DNA of 44,185 nucleotides, from NCBI GenBank assembly GCA_046716125.1, contig JBKJXJ010000265.1, positions 1 through 44,185 of the forward strand, given 5' to 3'. The first letter of the stretch is position 1, and every line of letters begins with the position of its first letter. The DNA is from Candidatus Eiseniibacteriota bacterium (GTDB lineage: Bacteria; Eisenbacteria; RBG-16-71-46). The position numbers and the translations under genes are program-made. The notes beneath the pieces were generated by a model. It saw nothing but the letters and a program-made list of their open reading frames with translations, was not told the origin of the DNA and did no database searches. Below are positions 8,852 to 18,578 of the stretch, in pieces.

Positions 8852-10275
8852 TGGCCTCCGCGACCGCGCCGGTCCTGACCCTGGTCGAGGTCGCCCGCAT
8901 GGCGGCCGGCGACCTGGCGGTGCGCGACGTGCCCGCGGGCGCCGGCGAACGCGAGGCGTTCCTCAAGTCGGGCGTGGACGGCGTCAGCATCGACTCCCGG
9001 ACGCTGGTCCCGGGCCAGCTGTTCGTGCCGTTGCGGGGCGGGAACACCGACGGCCACCAGTTCATCCCCGAGGCGTTCAGGCGCGGCGCGGCGCTGGCGC
9101 TGTGCGAGCGCGCCCACTACGTCGAGTGGGAGGGACGCGAGCCGGGCCCGCTGGTGGTGGTGGACGATGCGACCGAAGCCCTGCAACTCCTCGCCCGGCG
9201 CTATCGCGACGGCTGGTCCGGGCTCATGATCGGCGTGACCGGCAGCAGCGGCAAGACCACGACCAAGGACCTGATCGCGGCGGTGCTGGGCGCCGCGGCG
9301 CCCACGCTCAAGACCGAGGGGAACCTCAACAATCACTGGGGTGTGCCACTCACCCTGCTGCGCCTGCGCGCCGAGCACCGCTCGGCGGTCGTGGAGATCG
9401 CGATGAACCGGCCGGGCGAGATCTCGATGCTCGCCGGGCTCGCGCGACCCGACGCGGCGGTCATCACGAACGCGGGCAGCGCGCACCTCGCAGGGCTCGG
9501 CTCGCTCGCCGCGATCGCGCGCGAGAAGGCCTCGCTCGCGGCCACGGTCCCGCCCGGCCGCCCGGTGTTCGCCGGCGCCGACTCGCCGCGCCTCTTGACC
9601 GCGCTCAAGGCGATGAAGGTGCGCGTTGTGGGCTACGGCTTCGCGTCCGACGCCGACGTGCGGCCGGTGCGCGTCACCGACCTCGGCCCCGATGGCTCGC
9701 GCTTCACGGTCGCGGGATTCCCGCCGGTCCACCTGCGGCTGATCGGCCGCCACCAGGTGCAGAACGCCCTCGCCGCACTCGCGGTGGCGCGCGAATACGC
9801 CGTCGATCCTGCGTCCGCGGTCGCGGCGCTGGAAGCGCAGCGGCCTTCCAAAGGCCGGATGGAAGCGCGCACCGTGCACGGCGCGACGCTGCTCGTGGAC
9901 TGCTACAACGCGAATCCCGACGCGACCCGGGCCGCCCTGGGGACGCTCGCCGGCTGGCCCGGCGCCGAACGCCGCATCGCGGTCCTGGGCGACATGCTCG
10001 AGCTGGGCGCCGACGCCGCGCGGCTCCATCGCGAGACCGGCGCCGAGGTGCGCGATGCCGCGCTGTGGGTGGTCGGCGAGCACGCCGACGACTACGCCGC
10101 CGGTGCGAAGCGGGCCGGCGTCGAAGTCCTGGTCTTCGCGGACAAGCCGTCGCTGGCCGAGGCCCTGCGCGAGACCCTCGCCCCGGGGACCGTCGTGCTG
10201 ATCAAGGCCTCGCGTGGCGCCGCGCTCGAGGACGTCATCGGGCTGCTGGGCCCCGCCGTCGGTGAGGAGCGCTGA
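8848..10275 (+). CDS. murF: UDP-N-acetylmuramoyl-tripeptide--D-alanyl-D-alanine ligase MurF
   Basis: ATG 8848 overlaps the murE stop. 'GVTGSSGKTTTKD' and 'DCYNANPD'. dcw order. Confidence 0.93.
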   Translation: MMASATAPVLTLVEVARMAAGDLAVRDVPAGAGEREAFLKSGVDGVSIDSRTLVPGQLFVPLRGGNTDGHQFIPEAFRRGAALALCERAHYVEWEGREPGPLVVVDDATEALQLLARRYRDGWSGLMIGVTGSSGKTTTKDLIAAVLGAAAPTLKTEGNLNNHWGVPLTLLRLRAEHRSAVVEIAMNRPGEISMLAGLARPDAAVITNAGSAHLAGLGSLAAIAREKASLAATVPPGRPVFAGADSPRLLTALKAMKVRVVGYGFASDADVRPVRVTDLGPDGSRFTVAGFPPVHLRLIGRHQVQNALAALAVAREYAVDPASAVAALEAQRPSKGRMEARTVHGATLLVDCYNANPDATRAALGTLAGWPGAERRIAVLGDMLELGADAARLHRETGAEVRDAALWVVGEHADDYAAGAKRAGVEVLVFADKPSLAEALRETLAPGTVVLIKASRGAALEDVIGLLGPAVGEER

Positions 10276-10276
10276 G

Positions 10277-11368
10277 ATGTTCTACGAATGGGTCTACCCG
10301 CTCCACACGCAGGAGGGGCTCGGGGCGCTGAACGTCTTCCGCTACATCACGTTTCGCGCCGCCTACGCGGCGATCACCGCGCTCCTCGTCTGTTTCGTGC
10401 TCGGGCCGCCGATGATCGCATGGCTGCGGCGGGTGGGGCTGGGACAGAAGATCCGCGCGGAGGGCCCGCAGGCTCATCTCGCCAAGGCCGGCACGCCGAC
10501 CATGGGCGGGCTCCTCATCGTCCTGGCGATCGTGGTGCCGACGCTCCTGTGGGGGAACTTCCACTCGCGGCCGCTGTGGATCGCGCTGGGGGCCACGGTG
10601 TGGCTCGGGGCGCTCGGGTTCCTGGACGACTACCTGAGGGTGGTGCGCGGCTATCCCAAGGGTCTGCTGGGCCGCTACAAGCTGGCGGGGCAGATCGTGT
10701 GCGGCATCGCCATCGGAGTGGTGCTGGTGATGTGGCCCGAGAACGGCCTGCCGCCGACGTTCACCCACGTGCCGTTCGTGAAGTTCCGGTTCCTCGACCT
10801 GGGGCTCCTGTTCGTGCCGTTCGTCATCTTCATCATCACCGCGACGTCCAACTCGGTGAACCTGACCGACGGGCTCGACGGGCTCGCCTCGGGGCTGGTC
10901 GCGATCGCGGCGGTCGCCTTCGCCGGCATGTGCTACCTGAGCGGCCACGTGAGATTCAGCGAGTACCTGAACATCAGCCACCTGCGCTACGCGGGCGAGT
11001 TGACGGTGTTCTGCGCCGCGGTGCTCGGGGCTTCGCTCGGATTCCTCTGGTACAACTGCCACCCCGCCGACATGTTCATGGGCGACACCGGCTCGCTGGC
11101 GCTGGGCGGGGCGCTGGGCACCGTCGCGGTGCTCATCAAGCGCGAGTTCTGGCTGGCGCTGGTGGGCGGCGTGTTCGTCGCCGAGGCGCTCTCGGTCATG
11201 ATCCAGGTGGCCTCCTTCAAGATGTCGGGACGGCGGGTGTTCCGGATGTCGCCGCTCCACCATCACTTCGAGCTCTCGGGTTGGGCCGAGTCCCGCGTCG
11301 TGCTGCGGTTCTACATCGTCGGCGCGCTCCTCGCCCTGCTCTCGCTCTCGACCTTCAAGCTGCAATGA
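10277..11368 (+). CDS. mraY: phospho-N-acetylmuramoyl-pentapeptide transferase MraY
   Basis: ATG 10277, 1 nt after the murF stop, with GGTGAGGAG upstream. 'GTPTMGG', 'NSVNLTDGLDGLA', 'PLHHHFE'. Confidence 0.95.
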   Translation: MFYEWVYPLHTQEGLGALNVFRYITFRAAYAAITALLVCFVLGPPMIAWLRRVGLGQKIRAEGPQAHLAKAGTPTMGGLLIVLAIVVPTLLWGNFHSRPLWIALGATVWLGALGFLDDYLRVVRGYPKGLLGRYKLAGQIVCGIAIGVVLVMWPENGLPPTFTHVPFVKFRFLDLGLLFVPFVIFIITATSNSVNLTDGLDGLASGLVAIAAVAFAGMCYLSGHVRFSEYLNISHLRYAGELTVFCAAVLGASLGFLWYNCHPADMFMGDTGSLALGGALGTVAVLIKREFWLALVGGVFVAEALSVMIQVASFKMSGRRVFRMSPLHHHFELSGWAESRVVLRFYIVGALLALLSLSTFKLQ

Positions 11369-12750
11369 CCATCGACCCGCGTCATCCGCTCCCGGGCGTC
11401 ACGCCGCTGGTCGTGGGCGCCGCGCGCTCAGGCCTGGCGGCGGCACGTCTGCTCCACCGCCACGGCGCGCGGGTGCGGGTCTGCGACCAGCGCTACGCGG
11501 CCGAGGCGGCGGAGACGGCTTCCGCGCTCACGGCGCTGGGGATCGAAGCGGTCTGGGGCCGCGACGATCCGTCCCTGCTCGAGGGCCGCGATCTGGTCGT
11601 GTGGAGCCCCGGCATCCCGGAGAGCCATGCCATCGCGGTCGCGGCGCGCGAGCGCGGCATCCGGGTCATCTCCGAGCTCGAGCTGGCCTTCCTCGCCGCC
11701 CACGCGCCGCTCATCTGCATCACCGGCACCAACGGGAAGAGCACGACCACCGACCTGATCGGTGCGCTGGTGCTCGCGGCGGGGCGCGAGGTGGAGGTGT
11801 GCGGCAACATCGGCCGCGCCGCGTGCGAGGTGGCCGAGACGGTGGGCGCCGCCGGCCTGCTCGTGGTCGAGGTCTCGTCGTTCCAGCTCGAGACCGTGGA
11901 CCGCCTGCGCCCCTTCGTCGCGACCTGGCTCAACCTCACCCCGGACCACCTCGAGCGCCACGGCGACTTCGCCACCTATGGCGCCTTGAAGCAGCGCCTG
12001 TTCGCGCGCCAGGAGGAGAGCGACTGGGGGGTGTGGAACGCCGATGATCCCGAGGTCATGGCACGGGTGGGCGGGCGCGCCTCGCGGCTCGAGTTCTCCC
12101 TCGCCCGGCCGGTCGCGGAGGGCGCGTTCGTGCACGAGGGCCGGATCACCCTGGCCTGGCGCGGCGGCGTCGAGCCGCTGCTCCCCGTCCGCGAGCTGCG
12201 CCTGCCAGGGAGGCACAACCTGGCCAACGTCCTGGCGGCGCTGGCGAGCGTGCTGCCGCTCGAGATCGCGCGCGACACGCTGCGCGAGGTGCTGCGGACG
12301 TATGGCGGGCTCGAGCACCGTCTCGAGCCGGTGGCCACGGTCGATGGCGTGCGGTTCGTCAACGACTCCAAGGCCACCAACACCGACTCCCTCACGGTCG
12401 CGCTCGAAAGCTTCGACGAACCGGTCGTGCTGATCGCCGGCGGGCGGGACAAGGGCCAGGACTTCGCGCCCATGGCGCCGCTGGTCGGGCGCAAGGTGGC
12501 GCGGCTGGTCCTGATCGGCGAGGGCGCCGAGCGCATCGCCGCCGCCTGGAGCGCCGTGCCCGCGACGCGTGCGGCCTCGCTCGCGGAGGCCGTGGATCTC
12601 GCCTATGACGCGGCGCGTCGGGCCGGGGCCGGGACCGTGCTCCTCTCGCCCGCCTGCGCGTCGTTCGACATGTTCCGGGACTTCGAGGATCGCGGCAGGA
12701 GATTCAAGGCCGAGGTCGAGCGGTTGCGGGCCGCGGGGGTGGCGTCATGA
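11365..12750 (+). CDS. murD: UDP-N-acetylmuramoylalanine--D-glutamate ligase MurD
   Basis: ATG 11365 overlaps the mraY stop (ATGA). 'VVGAARSGLAAARLL' and 'ITGTNGKSTTT'. Confidence 0.93.
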   Translation: MTIDPRHPLPGVTPLVVGAARSGLAAARLLHRHGARVRVCDQRYAAEAAETASALTALGIEAVWGRDDPSLLEGRDLVVWSPGIPESHAIAVAARERGIRVISELELAFLAAHAPLICITGTNGKSTTTDLIGALVLAAGREVEVCGNIGRAACEVAETVGAAGLLVVEVSSFQLETVDRLRPFVATWLNLTPDHLERHGDFATYGALKQRLFARQEESDWGVWNADDPEVMARVGGRASRLEFSLARPVAEGAFVHEGRITLAWRGGVEPLLPVRELRLPGRHNLANVLAALASVLPLEIARDTLREVLRTYGGLEHRLEPVATVDGVRFVNDSKATNTDSLTVALESFDEPVVLIAGGRDKGQDFAPMAPLVGRKVARLVLIGEGAERIAAAWSAVPATRAASLAEAVDLAYDAARRAGAGTVLLSPACASFDMFRDFEDRGRRFKAEVERLRAAGVAS

Positions 12751-13880
12751 AGCGCGGCGATCGCTGGCTGCTCCTGCTCGCCCTCAGCCTCGCCCTGGTC
12801 GGGCTCATCATGGTCTATTCCTCGAGCGCCATCCTCGGCATCACGCGCTACCAGGATCCGAATCACTTCCTGAGCCGCCAGACCATCCGCGTGCTGCTGG
12901 GCGTCGCGGTCCTGATCGCGGCCTCGCGGATCAAGCTGCGCTGGATCGAGCGCTTCGCGCCCTGGCTCCTGGGCGGCGCCGTCGCCCTGCTCGTGATCCT
13001 CGAGGCGGTGGGTCATGTCTCGCACGGTGCCGAGCGCTGGCTCAGGGTGGGGTTCCTGAGCCTCCAGCCGACCGATCTGGCGAGGCTCGCGACGGTCGTG
13101 TTCCTGGCCTGGTGGCTCAAACGGTCCCCGCCGGCCGAGCAGAGCTTCCTGCGCGGGATGGGACCACCGCTGGCGGTCACGGGCGGGGTGGCCGGCCTCA
13201 TCATCCTGCAGCCCAACCTGAGCAGCGCGGCCCTGCTGGCCGCCACGGGCATCCTCATGATCTTCCTGTCCGGGGCGCGGATCCGGCACCTCGCCATCCC
13301 GGTCGCCGCGGGGGGCGCCGCGGTCGCGCTGGCCCTGGCGACCCATCCGTATATGATGAAGCGGTTCGTGACCTTCGTCGGCACCTGGTTCGGCGGCGTC
13401 CCGGACGCGCGCGGCGCGGGCTGGCAGCTGGACCAGTCGCTCATCGCCATCGGATCGGGCGGCTGGGTGGGACGTGGCCTTGGCGGTGGCCTGCAGAAGT
13501 ACCAGTTCCTGCCCGAAGCGCACACCGACTTCATCTTCTCGATCGTAGGGGAGGAGACCGGGTTCCTGGGGGCGACTCTGCTGCTCGGTCTGATCGCGAC
13601 GCTGCTCTGGCGCGGGATGCGCGCCGCGGCCCGCGCCTCCGACCCGTTCTCGCATCTGCTGGCGGGCGGGCTCACGCTCCAGATCGGCCTGTACGCGCTG
13701 GCCAACCTTTGCGTGGCCACCGGACTGGCCCCGACCACCGGGCTGCCATTGCCCTTCGTCTCGTACGGCGGTTCCGCCCTGCTCGTCAACATGGCGGCCG
13801 TCGGATTGCTCTACCGGGTCAGCGCCGAGAACGATGAGCGCGAAGCGCTCACGCGACAGCGCTGGCGGGAGGCTTCATGA
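12747..13880 (+). CDS. ftsW: SEDS-family peptidoglycan glycosyltransferase FtsW
   Basis: ATG 12747 overlaps the murD stop. Polytopic membrane protein with 'PEAHTDFIFS', 'GEETGFLG', 'PLPFVSYGGS'. Confidence 0.9.
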   Translation: MKRGDRWLLLLALSLALVGLIMVYSSSAILGITRYQDPNHFLSRQTIRVLLGVAVLIAASRIKLRWIERFAPWLLGGAVALLVILEAVGHVSHGAERWLRVGFLSLQPTDLARLATVVFLAWWLKRSPPAEQSFLRGMGPPLAVTGGVAGLIILQPNLSSAALLAATGILMIFLSGARIRHLAIPVAAGGAAVALALATHPYMMKRFVTFVGTWFGGVPDARGAGWQLDQSLIAIGSGGWVGRGLGGGLQKYQFLPEAHTDFIFSIVGEETGFLGATLLLGLIATLLWRGMRAAARASDPFSHLLAGGLTLQIGLYALANLCVATGLAPTTGLPLPFVSYGGSALLVNMAAVGLLYRVSAENDEREALTRQRWREAS

Positions 13881-15016
13881 AGATCATGATCGCCGGCGGC
13901 GGGACCGGGGGACACGTCTACCCCGGCATCGCCGTCGCCGAGGAGTTGATGCGCCTGCGACCGGGCGCCGAGGTGGTATTCGTCGGCGGACGTCGCGGGC
14001 TCGAAGCGCATGCGGTGCCCGAGAGCGGGTTCCGCATCCGCTTCATCATGACCCGCGGATTCCCGCGACGGGCATGGTGGCGCTGGCCGTGGGCGCTGCT
14101 CGCCAACGCGATCGGCCTGGTGCAGGCGCTGTGGGTGGTCGCGAGCGAGCGCCCCGACGCCGTGCTCGGGACCGGCGGCTATGTGAGCGGTCCGGTCGCG
14201 GCCGCGGCCTGGCTGCTGGGTCGGCCGTTGCTGCTCCAGGAGCAGAACAGCATCCCGGGGCTCGCCAACCGCTGGCTGGCGCGGGTGGCGGACGAGGTCC
14301 ACCTCTCCTTCACCGAGGCGCGCAACTATTTCAAGCGGAAGGACAATCTGAAGGTGACCGGCAATCCGGTGCGCGCCCACATCCTGGGCGGCGACCGGGC
14401 CCAGGCGCTGCAGGCCTTCGACCTGGTCGAGGGCAAGCCGACGCTGTTCATCTTCGGCGGCAGCCGCGGCGCCCACCGCATCAACGAGTCGGCGCTCGAC
14501 GCCATGCGGCTGCTCAAGGGCCGGGTGGATCTGCAGTTCATCCTGCAGACCGGCCGCGACGACTTCGACTGGGCCAGGGGGCTGGTGGAAGCCGAGCAGC
14601 TGCCGGCGCGGGTGATGCCGTTCCTGAAGGACATCCACCTCGCCTACGCGGTCGCCGATCTCGTCGTATGCCGTTCGGGCGCGATGACGCTGGCCGAGAT
14701 CGCAGCCTGCGGCACCCCGGCGATCCTGGTGCCCTATCCGCACGCCGCCCACAACCACCAGGAGGTGAACGCGCTCAACCTGGTCGAGCGCGGCGCCGCC
14801 GCGCTGCTGCTGGACCGCGAGCTGACCGGCGAGCGCCTGGCCAAAGAGATCGCCCATCTGGTCGCCGACCGGCAGACGCTGCGGCGCATGTCGGCCAACG
14901 CGCGCACGTTCGCCCGGCTGGACGCGGCCGAGCGCATCGTGCGCAGCCTCGAGCGCTGGGCGCAGGGGCAAGGCGCCGTGCAGGAGAACCCGGCCGGCAA
15001 CGGCGGGGGACGCTGA
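13877..15016 (+). CDS. murG: undecaprenyldiphospho-muramoylpentapeptide beta-N-acetylglucosaminyltransferase MurG
   Basis: ATG 13877 overlaps the ftsW stop. 'GGTGGHVYPGIAVAEEL' and 'RSGAMTLAEIAACGTPAILVP'. Confidence 0.95.
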   Translation: MKIMIAGGGTGGHVYPGIAVAEELMRLRPGAEVVFVGGRRGLEAHAVPESGFRIRFIMTRGFPRRAWWRWPWALLANAIGLVQALWVVASERPDAVLGTGGYVSGPVAAAAWLLGRPLLLQEQNSIPGLANRWLARVADEVHLSFTEARNYFKRKDNLKVTGNPVRAHILGGDRAQALQAFDLVEGKPTLFIFGGSRGAHRINESALDAMRLLKGRVDLQFILQTGRDDFDWARGLVEAEQLPARVMPFLKDIHLAYAVADLVVCRSGAMTLAEIAACGTPAILVPYPHAAHNHQEVNALNLVERGAAALLLDRELTGERLAKEIAHLVADRQTLRRMSANARTFARLDAAERIVRSLERWAQGQGAVQENPAGNGGGR

Positions 15017-16416
15017 TGTACGGCCGCAATCACCGCATCCACTTCGTCGGCGTCGGGGGCGCCGGGATGTCCGGCCTGGCCGAGGTGCTGCTCAACATGG
15101 GCTACCCGGTCTCGGGCAGCGACCTGCGCGCCTCGGAGGCGACCGACCGCATCGTCGAGCGCGGCGGGCGGGTGTTCGTCGGGCACGCGCCGAGCAACGT
15201 CGAGGGCGCCAAGGTGGTGGTCTATTCGACCGCGGTTCGGCCCGATAATCCCGAGCTCATCGCTGCCCGCGAGGGCGGGGTCCCGGTCATCGCGCGGGCC
15301 GAGATGCTGGCCGAACTCATGCGCATGAAGTACGGCATCGCCGTGGGCGGCGCGCACGGGAAGACCACGACCACGTCGCTGGTCGCCGCCGTCCTCGCGC
15401 GCGGCGGACTCGACCCGACCATCGTCGTCGGCGGGCGGCTGCATGCCCTGGGCGCCAATGCGCGGCTCGGGTTCGGCGAGTTCCTGGTCGCCGAGGCCGA
15501 CGAGAGCGACGGTTCATTCCTCAAGCTCAGCCCGGCTTTGGCGGTCATCACGAACATCGACCGCGAGCACCTGGATCACTACGAGGATCTCGACGCGATC
15601 CGCGGCGCGTTCCTCGACTTCGCCAACCGGGTGCCGTTCTACGGTGTCGCGGTGCTGTGCGTGGACGATCCGGAGGTCCGCGGGATGCTGCACGGCGTGG
15701 CCAAGCGCACGCTGCTCTACGGCACGCGACCCGAAGCCGGGGTGCGGGCGGAGGACGTGGAGCTGAAAGCCCACGGCTCGAGCTTCCGCGTCAGTCATCT
15801 GGACCGGTCGCTGGGCGGGATCGAGCTCCGCATCCCGGGACGTCACAACGTGCTCAACGCGCTCGCCGCGGTGGCGGTCGGGCTCGAGGTCGAGGTCGGG
15901 TTCGGCCATATCGCCGAGGCGCTGGCCGGCTTCACCGGGGTCTCGCGCCGGTTCGAGACCCGGGGCGAAGCGGCGGGCGTGCGGGTCGTGGACGACTACG
16001 GGCATCACCCGACCGAGATCGAGGCCACGCTGGCCGCGGCGCGCGGCCTGGGCGGGCGCGTGCTGGTGCTGTTCCAGCCGCATCGTTTCACGCGCACCCA
16101 GGCGCTGCGCCGCGAGTTCGGAAGCTGCTTCGCCGGGGCCGACCGGGTCTGGGTGCTCGACATCTACGCCGCCGGCGAGACTCCGATCCCCGGCATCTCG
16201 GCCAGGACCCTGGTCGAGAGCGCGCGCGAGCAGGGCGCCGCATTCGTCGTCGAGGCGGGGACGCCCGCGGCGGCGGTGGCGGTGGCGGTCGCCGAAGCCC
16301 GGCCCGGCGACACCGTGTTGACGCTGGGCGCCGGCGATGTGTGGAAGCTCGGCGACGACGTGCTGCGCCAGCTCGGGGCCCCGCTGTCGAGCGTCCCGGC
16401 CGGAGGGAGGCGCTGA
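15016..16416 (+). CDS. murC: UDP-N-acetylmuramate--L-alanine ligase MurC
   Basis: ATG 15016 shares one base with the murG stop (TGATG). 'HFVGVGGAGMSGLAEVL' and 'GGAHGKTTTTS'. Confidence 0.95.
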   Translation: MYGRNHRIHFVGVGGAGMSGLAEVLLNMGYPVSGSDLRASEATDRIVERGGRVFVGHAPSNVEGAKVVVYSTAVRPDNPELIAAREGGVPVIARAEMLAELMRMKYGIAVGGAHGKTTTTSLVAAVLARGGLDPTIVVGGRLHALGANARLGFGEFLVAEADESDGSFLKLSPALAVITNIDREHLDHYEDLDAIRGAFLDFANRVPFYGVAVLCVDDPEVRGMLHGVAKRTLLYGTRPEAGVRAEDVELKAHGSSFRVSHLDRSLGGIELRIPGRHNVLNALAAVAVGLEVEVGFGHIAEALAGFTGVSRRFETRGEAAGVRVVDDYGHHPTEIEATLAAARGLGGRVLVLFQPHRFTRTQALRREFGSCFAGADRVWVLDIYAAGETPIPGISARTLVESAREQGAAFVVEAGTPAAAVAVAVAEARPGDTVLTLGAGDVWKLGDDVLRQLGAPLSSVPAGGRR

Positions 16417-17231
16417 TGGGCTGGTACCAGGGACGCGCCATCGAGCCCGCGCTCGGCCGGTCGCGGCGACGCCGCGTCTCGCTGCCGCGCCGCATCCTCC
16501 ACGTGGGCGGCGTCATCGTCCTGCTGGCCGTATTCGCGCACGTGCCGTGGGACGGGCTGCGCCGCCGCTACGCGCGGCTCTCCGACGTGCGCGTCGAGGG
16601 CACGCGCTACCTCGACCCCTCGCGCGTCCTGCAGGCGGCCGGACTCGCGCGCGGACAGGACCTGTTCACGCTCGACCTCGAGCGGGCGCGCCAGGCGCTC
16701 CTGCTCGAGCCGCGCGTGGCCTCGGCCGAGGTGGCCCGACGGTTGCCGCTCGGCGTTCGGGTGCGCATCGTCGAGCGCGAGCCGGTGTTGCTCGTGGACC
16801 ACGGCGTGCCGTGGGAGATCGATTCGGCGGGCGTGCTGCTGCCCCCGCTCCAGTCCGGCGTCGTGGCCGACGTGCCGCTCCTGGTCGGGCCCCGCTTCGC
16901 CGGCCTCCCGGGCGGCATCACGGTGCACCGTGGCGAAGTCCAGCGCGGCCTGGCGTGGGTCCGGGCGCTCTCGGCGCGCGAGCTGCAGCTTGCCGGACAG
17001 CTCTCCGAGGTGGACGTCAGCGACCCCACGCACACCCAGCTCACGCTGCTGGACGGGACGCGCGTGCTGGCCGGCGGATGGCCGCCCGGCACGCCGCGTC
17101 TCTCGGCGCTGCGCGTGGTCATCGCCGACCTGAGGCAGCGCGGCACCACCGCCGGCGAAGTGGATCTGCGATTCGAGAACCAGGTGATCGTGCGGCCCGC
17201 CGGTACCACGGGGGGCGTGCACGGAGGATAG
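16416..17231 (+). CDS. ftsQ: cell division protein FtsQ (POTRA domain)
   Basis: ATG 16416 shares one base with the murC stop. N-terminal TM 'ILHVGGVIVLLAVFAHV'. POTRA-like 'LSDVRVEGTRYLDPSRVLQAAGL'. Position is directly before ftsA. Confidence 0.8.
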   Translation: MGWYQGRAIEPALGRSRRRRVSLPRRILHVGGVIVLLAVFAHVPWDGLRRRYARLSDVRVEGTRYLDPSRVLQAAGLARGQDLFTLDLERARQALLLEPRVASAEVARRLPLGVRVRIVEREPVLLVDHGVPWEIDSAGVLLPPLQSGVVADVPLLVGPRFAGLPGGITVHRGEVQRGLAWVRALSARELQLAGQLSEVDVSDPTHTQLTLLDGTRVLAGGWPPGTPRLSALRVVIADLRQRGTTAGEVDLRFENQVIVRPAGTTGGVHGG

Positions 17232-17303
17232 GGACATCGCCCGGGACCTCCGCGCTGCCCCCCAGGGGCGCGCGACGGACCGGGGCACAGGGAGGTGATG
17301 AGG

Positions 17304-18551
17304 ATGGCAACGGCGACACGGACGTTCGTGGGTCTGGACATCGGCACGACCAAGATCTCCTGCATCATCGCGGAGATGAAGGAATCGGACGGGGCCGAGC
17401 TGAGCATCGTCGGCATCGGCAACGCCACGAGCGAAGGCTTGAGGCGCGGCGTGGTCGTGGACCTCGAGAAGACGGTGGGCAGCATCCAGCGGGCGGTGGA
17501 CGACGCCGAACACATGGCCGGGGTCTCGGTGAAGGGCGTCACCGCCGGCATCGCGGGCGACCACATCCGCAGCATCAACAGCCGCGGCGTCATCGCCGTC
17601 TCGCGCCGTGACAACGAGATCAGCCAGGCCGACGTCGAACGCGTCGTCGAGGCCGCCAAGGCGATCGCCATCCCGATGGACCGCGAGATGATCCACGTCA
17701 TCCCGCAGGAGTTCATCGTCGACGACCAGGGCGGGATCAGCGATCCGGTCGGCATGAGCGGCGTGCGGCTCGAGGCCGAGGTTCACATCATCACCGGCGC
17801 CGTGACCTCGGCCAAGAACATCTGCCGCGCCATCCAGCGCGCCGGATACAAGGTGCACGATCTGGTGCTGGAGCCGCTCGCCTCGAGCCACGCGGTGCTC
17901 GGCCGCGACGAGCGCGACCTCGGGGTCGCGCTGCTTGACATCGGCGGCGGCACGACCGACGTCGCGGTGTTCTTCGAGGGCACCATCCGCCACACCGCCA
18001 TCATCCCGTGCGGCGGGGCGAACGTGACCAACGACCTCGCGATCGGGCTGCGCACCCCGATCGACAAGGCCGAGGCGATCAAGATCCGGCACGGCTGCGC
18101 GCTCGCGGCACTGGTCTCGGCGTCGGATGCCATCAGCGTGTCCGGCGTCGGAGGCCGCGGCGACCGCGAGATCTCGCGCCACGTCCTGGCCTCGATGATC
18201 GAGCCGCGGATGGAGGAGATCTTCGCCCTCGCCAACAAGGAAGTGAAGAAGAACCACTTCGCCGAGCTCCTCGGCGGCGGCGTGGTGCTCACCGGCGGCA
18301 CCTCCCTGTTGCCCGGGGTGGTGGAGCTGGCCGAGCAGGTGTTCGAGATGCCGGTGCGGCTCGGAGCCCCCGGCGGGCTGGGTGGCCTTTCCGAAAACGT
18401 CGCCGATCCTCGCTTTTCGACGGGCGTGGGGCTGGTCCTCCACGCCGCGCACGGCGAGAGCGGTGAAGCATTCCCCACGCAGAAGCGGACCAACGGCGAT
18501 CGCAGGAATCCTCTCGATCCCCGGCGCTGGTTCGAAGAGCTGTTCTACTAG
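17304..18551 (+). CDS. ftsA: cell division protein FtsA
   Basis: 'FVGLDIGTTKISCII' and 'LDIGGGTTDVAVF' (actin-like ATPase). The start is ambiguous (GTG 17295, ATG 17298 or ATG 17304). ATG 17304 has the best spacing to AGGGAGG at 17289-17295. Confidence 0.93.
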   Translation: MATATRTFVGLDIGTTKISCIIAEMKESDGAELSIVGIGNATSEGLRRGVVVDLEKTVGSIQRAVDDAEHMAGVSVKGVTAGIAGDHIRSINSRGVIAVSRRDNEISQADVERVVEAAKAIAIPMDREMIHVIPQEFIVDDQGGISDPVGMSGVRLEAEVHIITGAVTSAKNICRAIQRAGYKVHDLVLEPLASSHAVLGRDERDLGVALLDIGGGTTDVAVFFEGTIRHTAIIPCGGANVTNDLAIGLRTPIDKAEAIKIRHGCALAALVSASDAISVSGVGGRGDREISRHVLASMIEPRMEEIFALANKEVKKNHFAELLGGGVVLTGGTSLLPGVVELAEQVFEMPVRLGAPGGLGGLSENVADPRFSTGVGLVLHAAHGESGEAFPTQKRTNGDRRNPLDPRRWFEELFY

Positions 18552-18578
18552 TCGCACGGCGTCACACGGAGGTGCAAG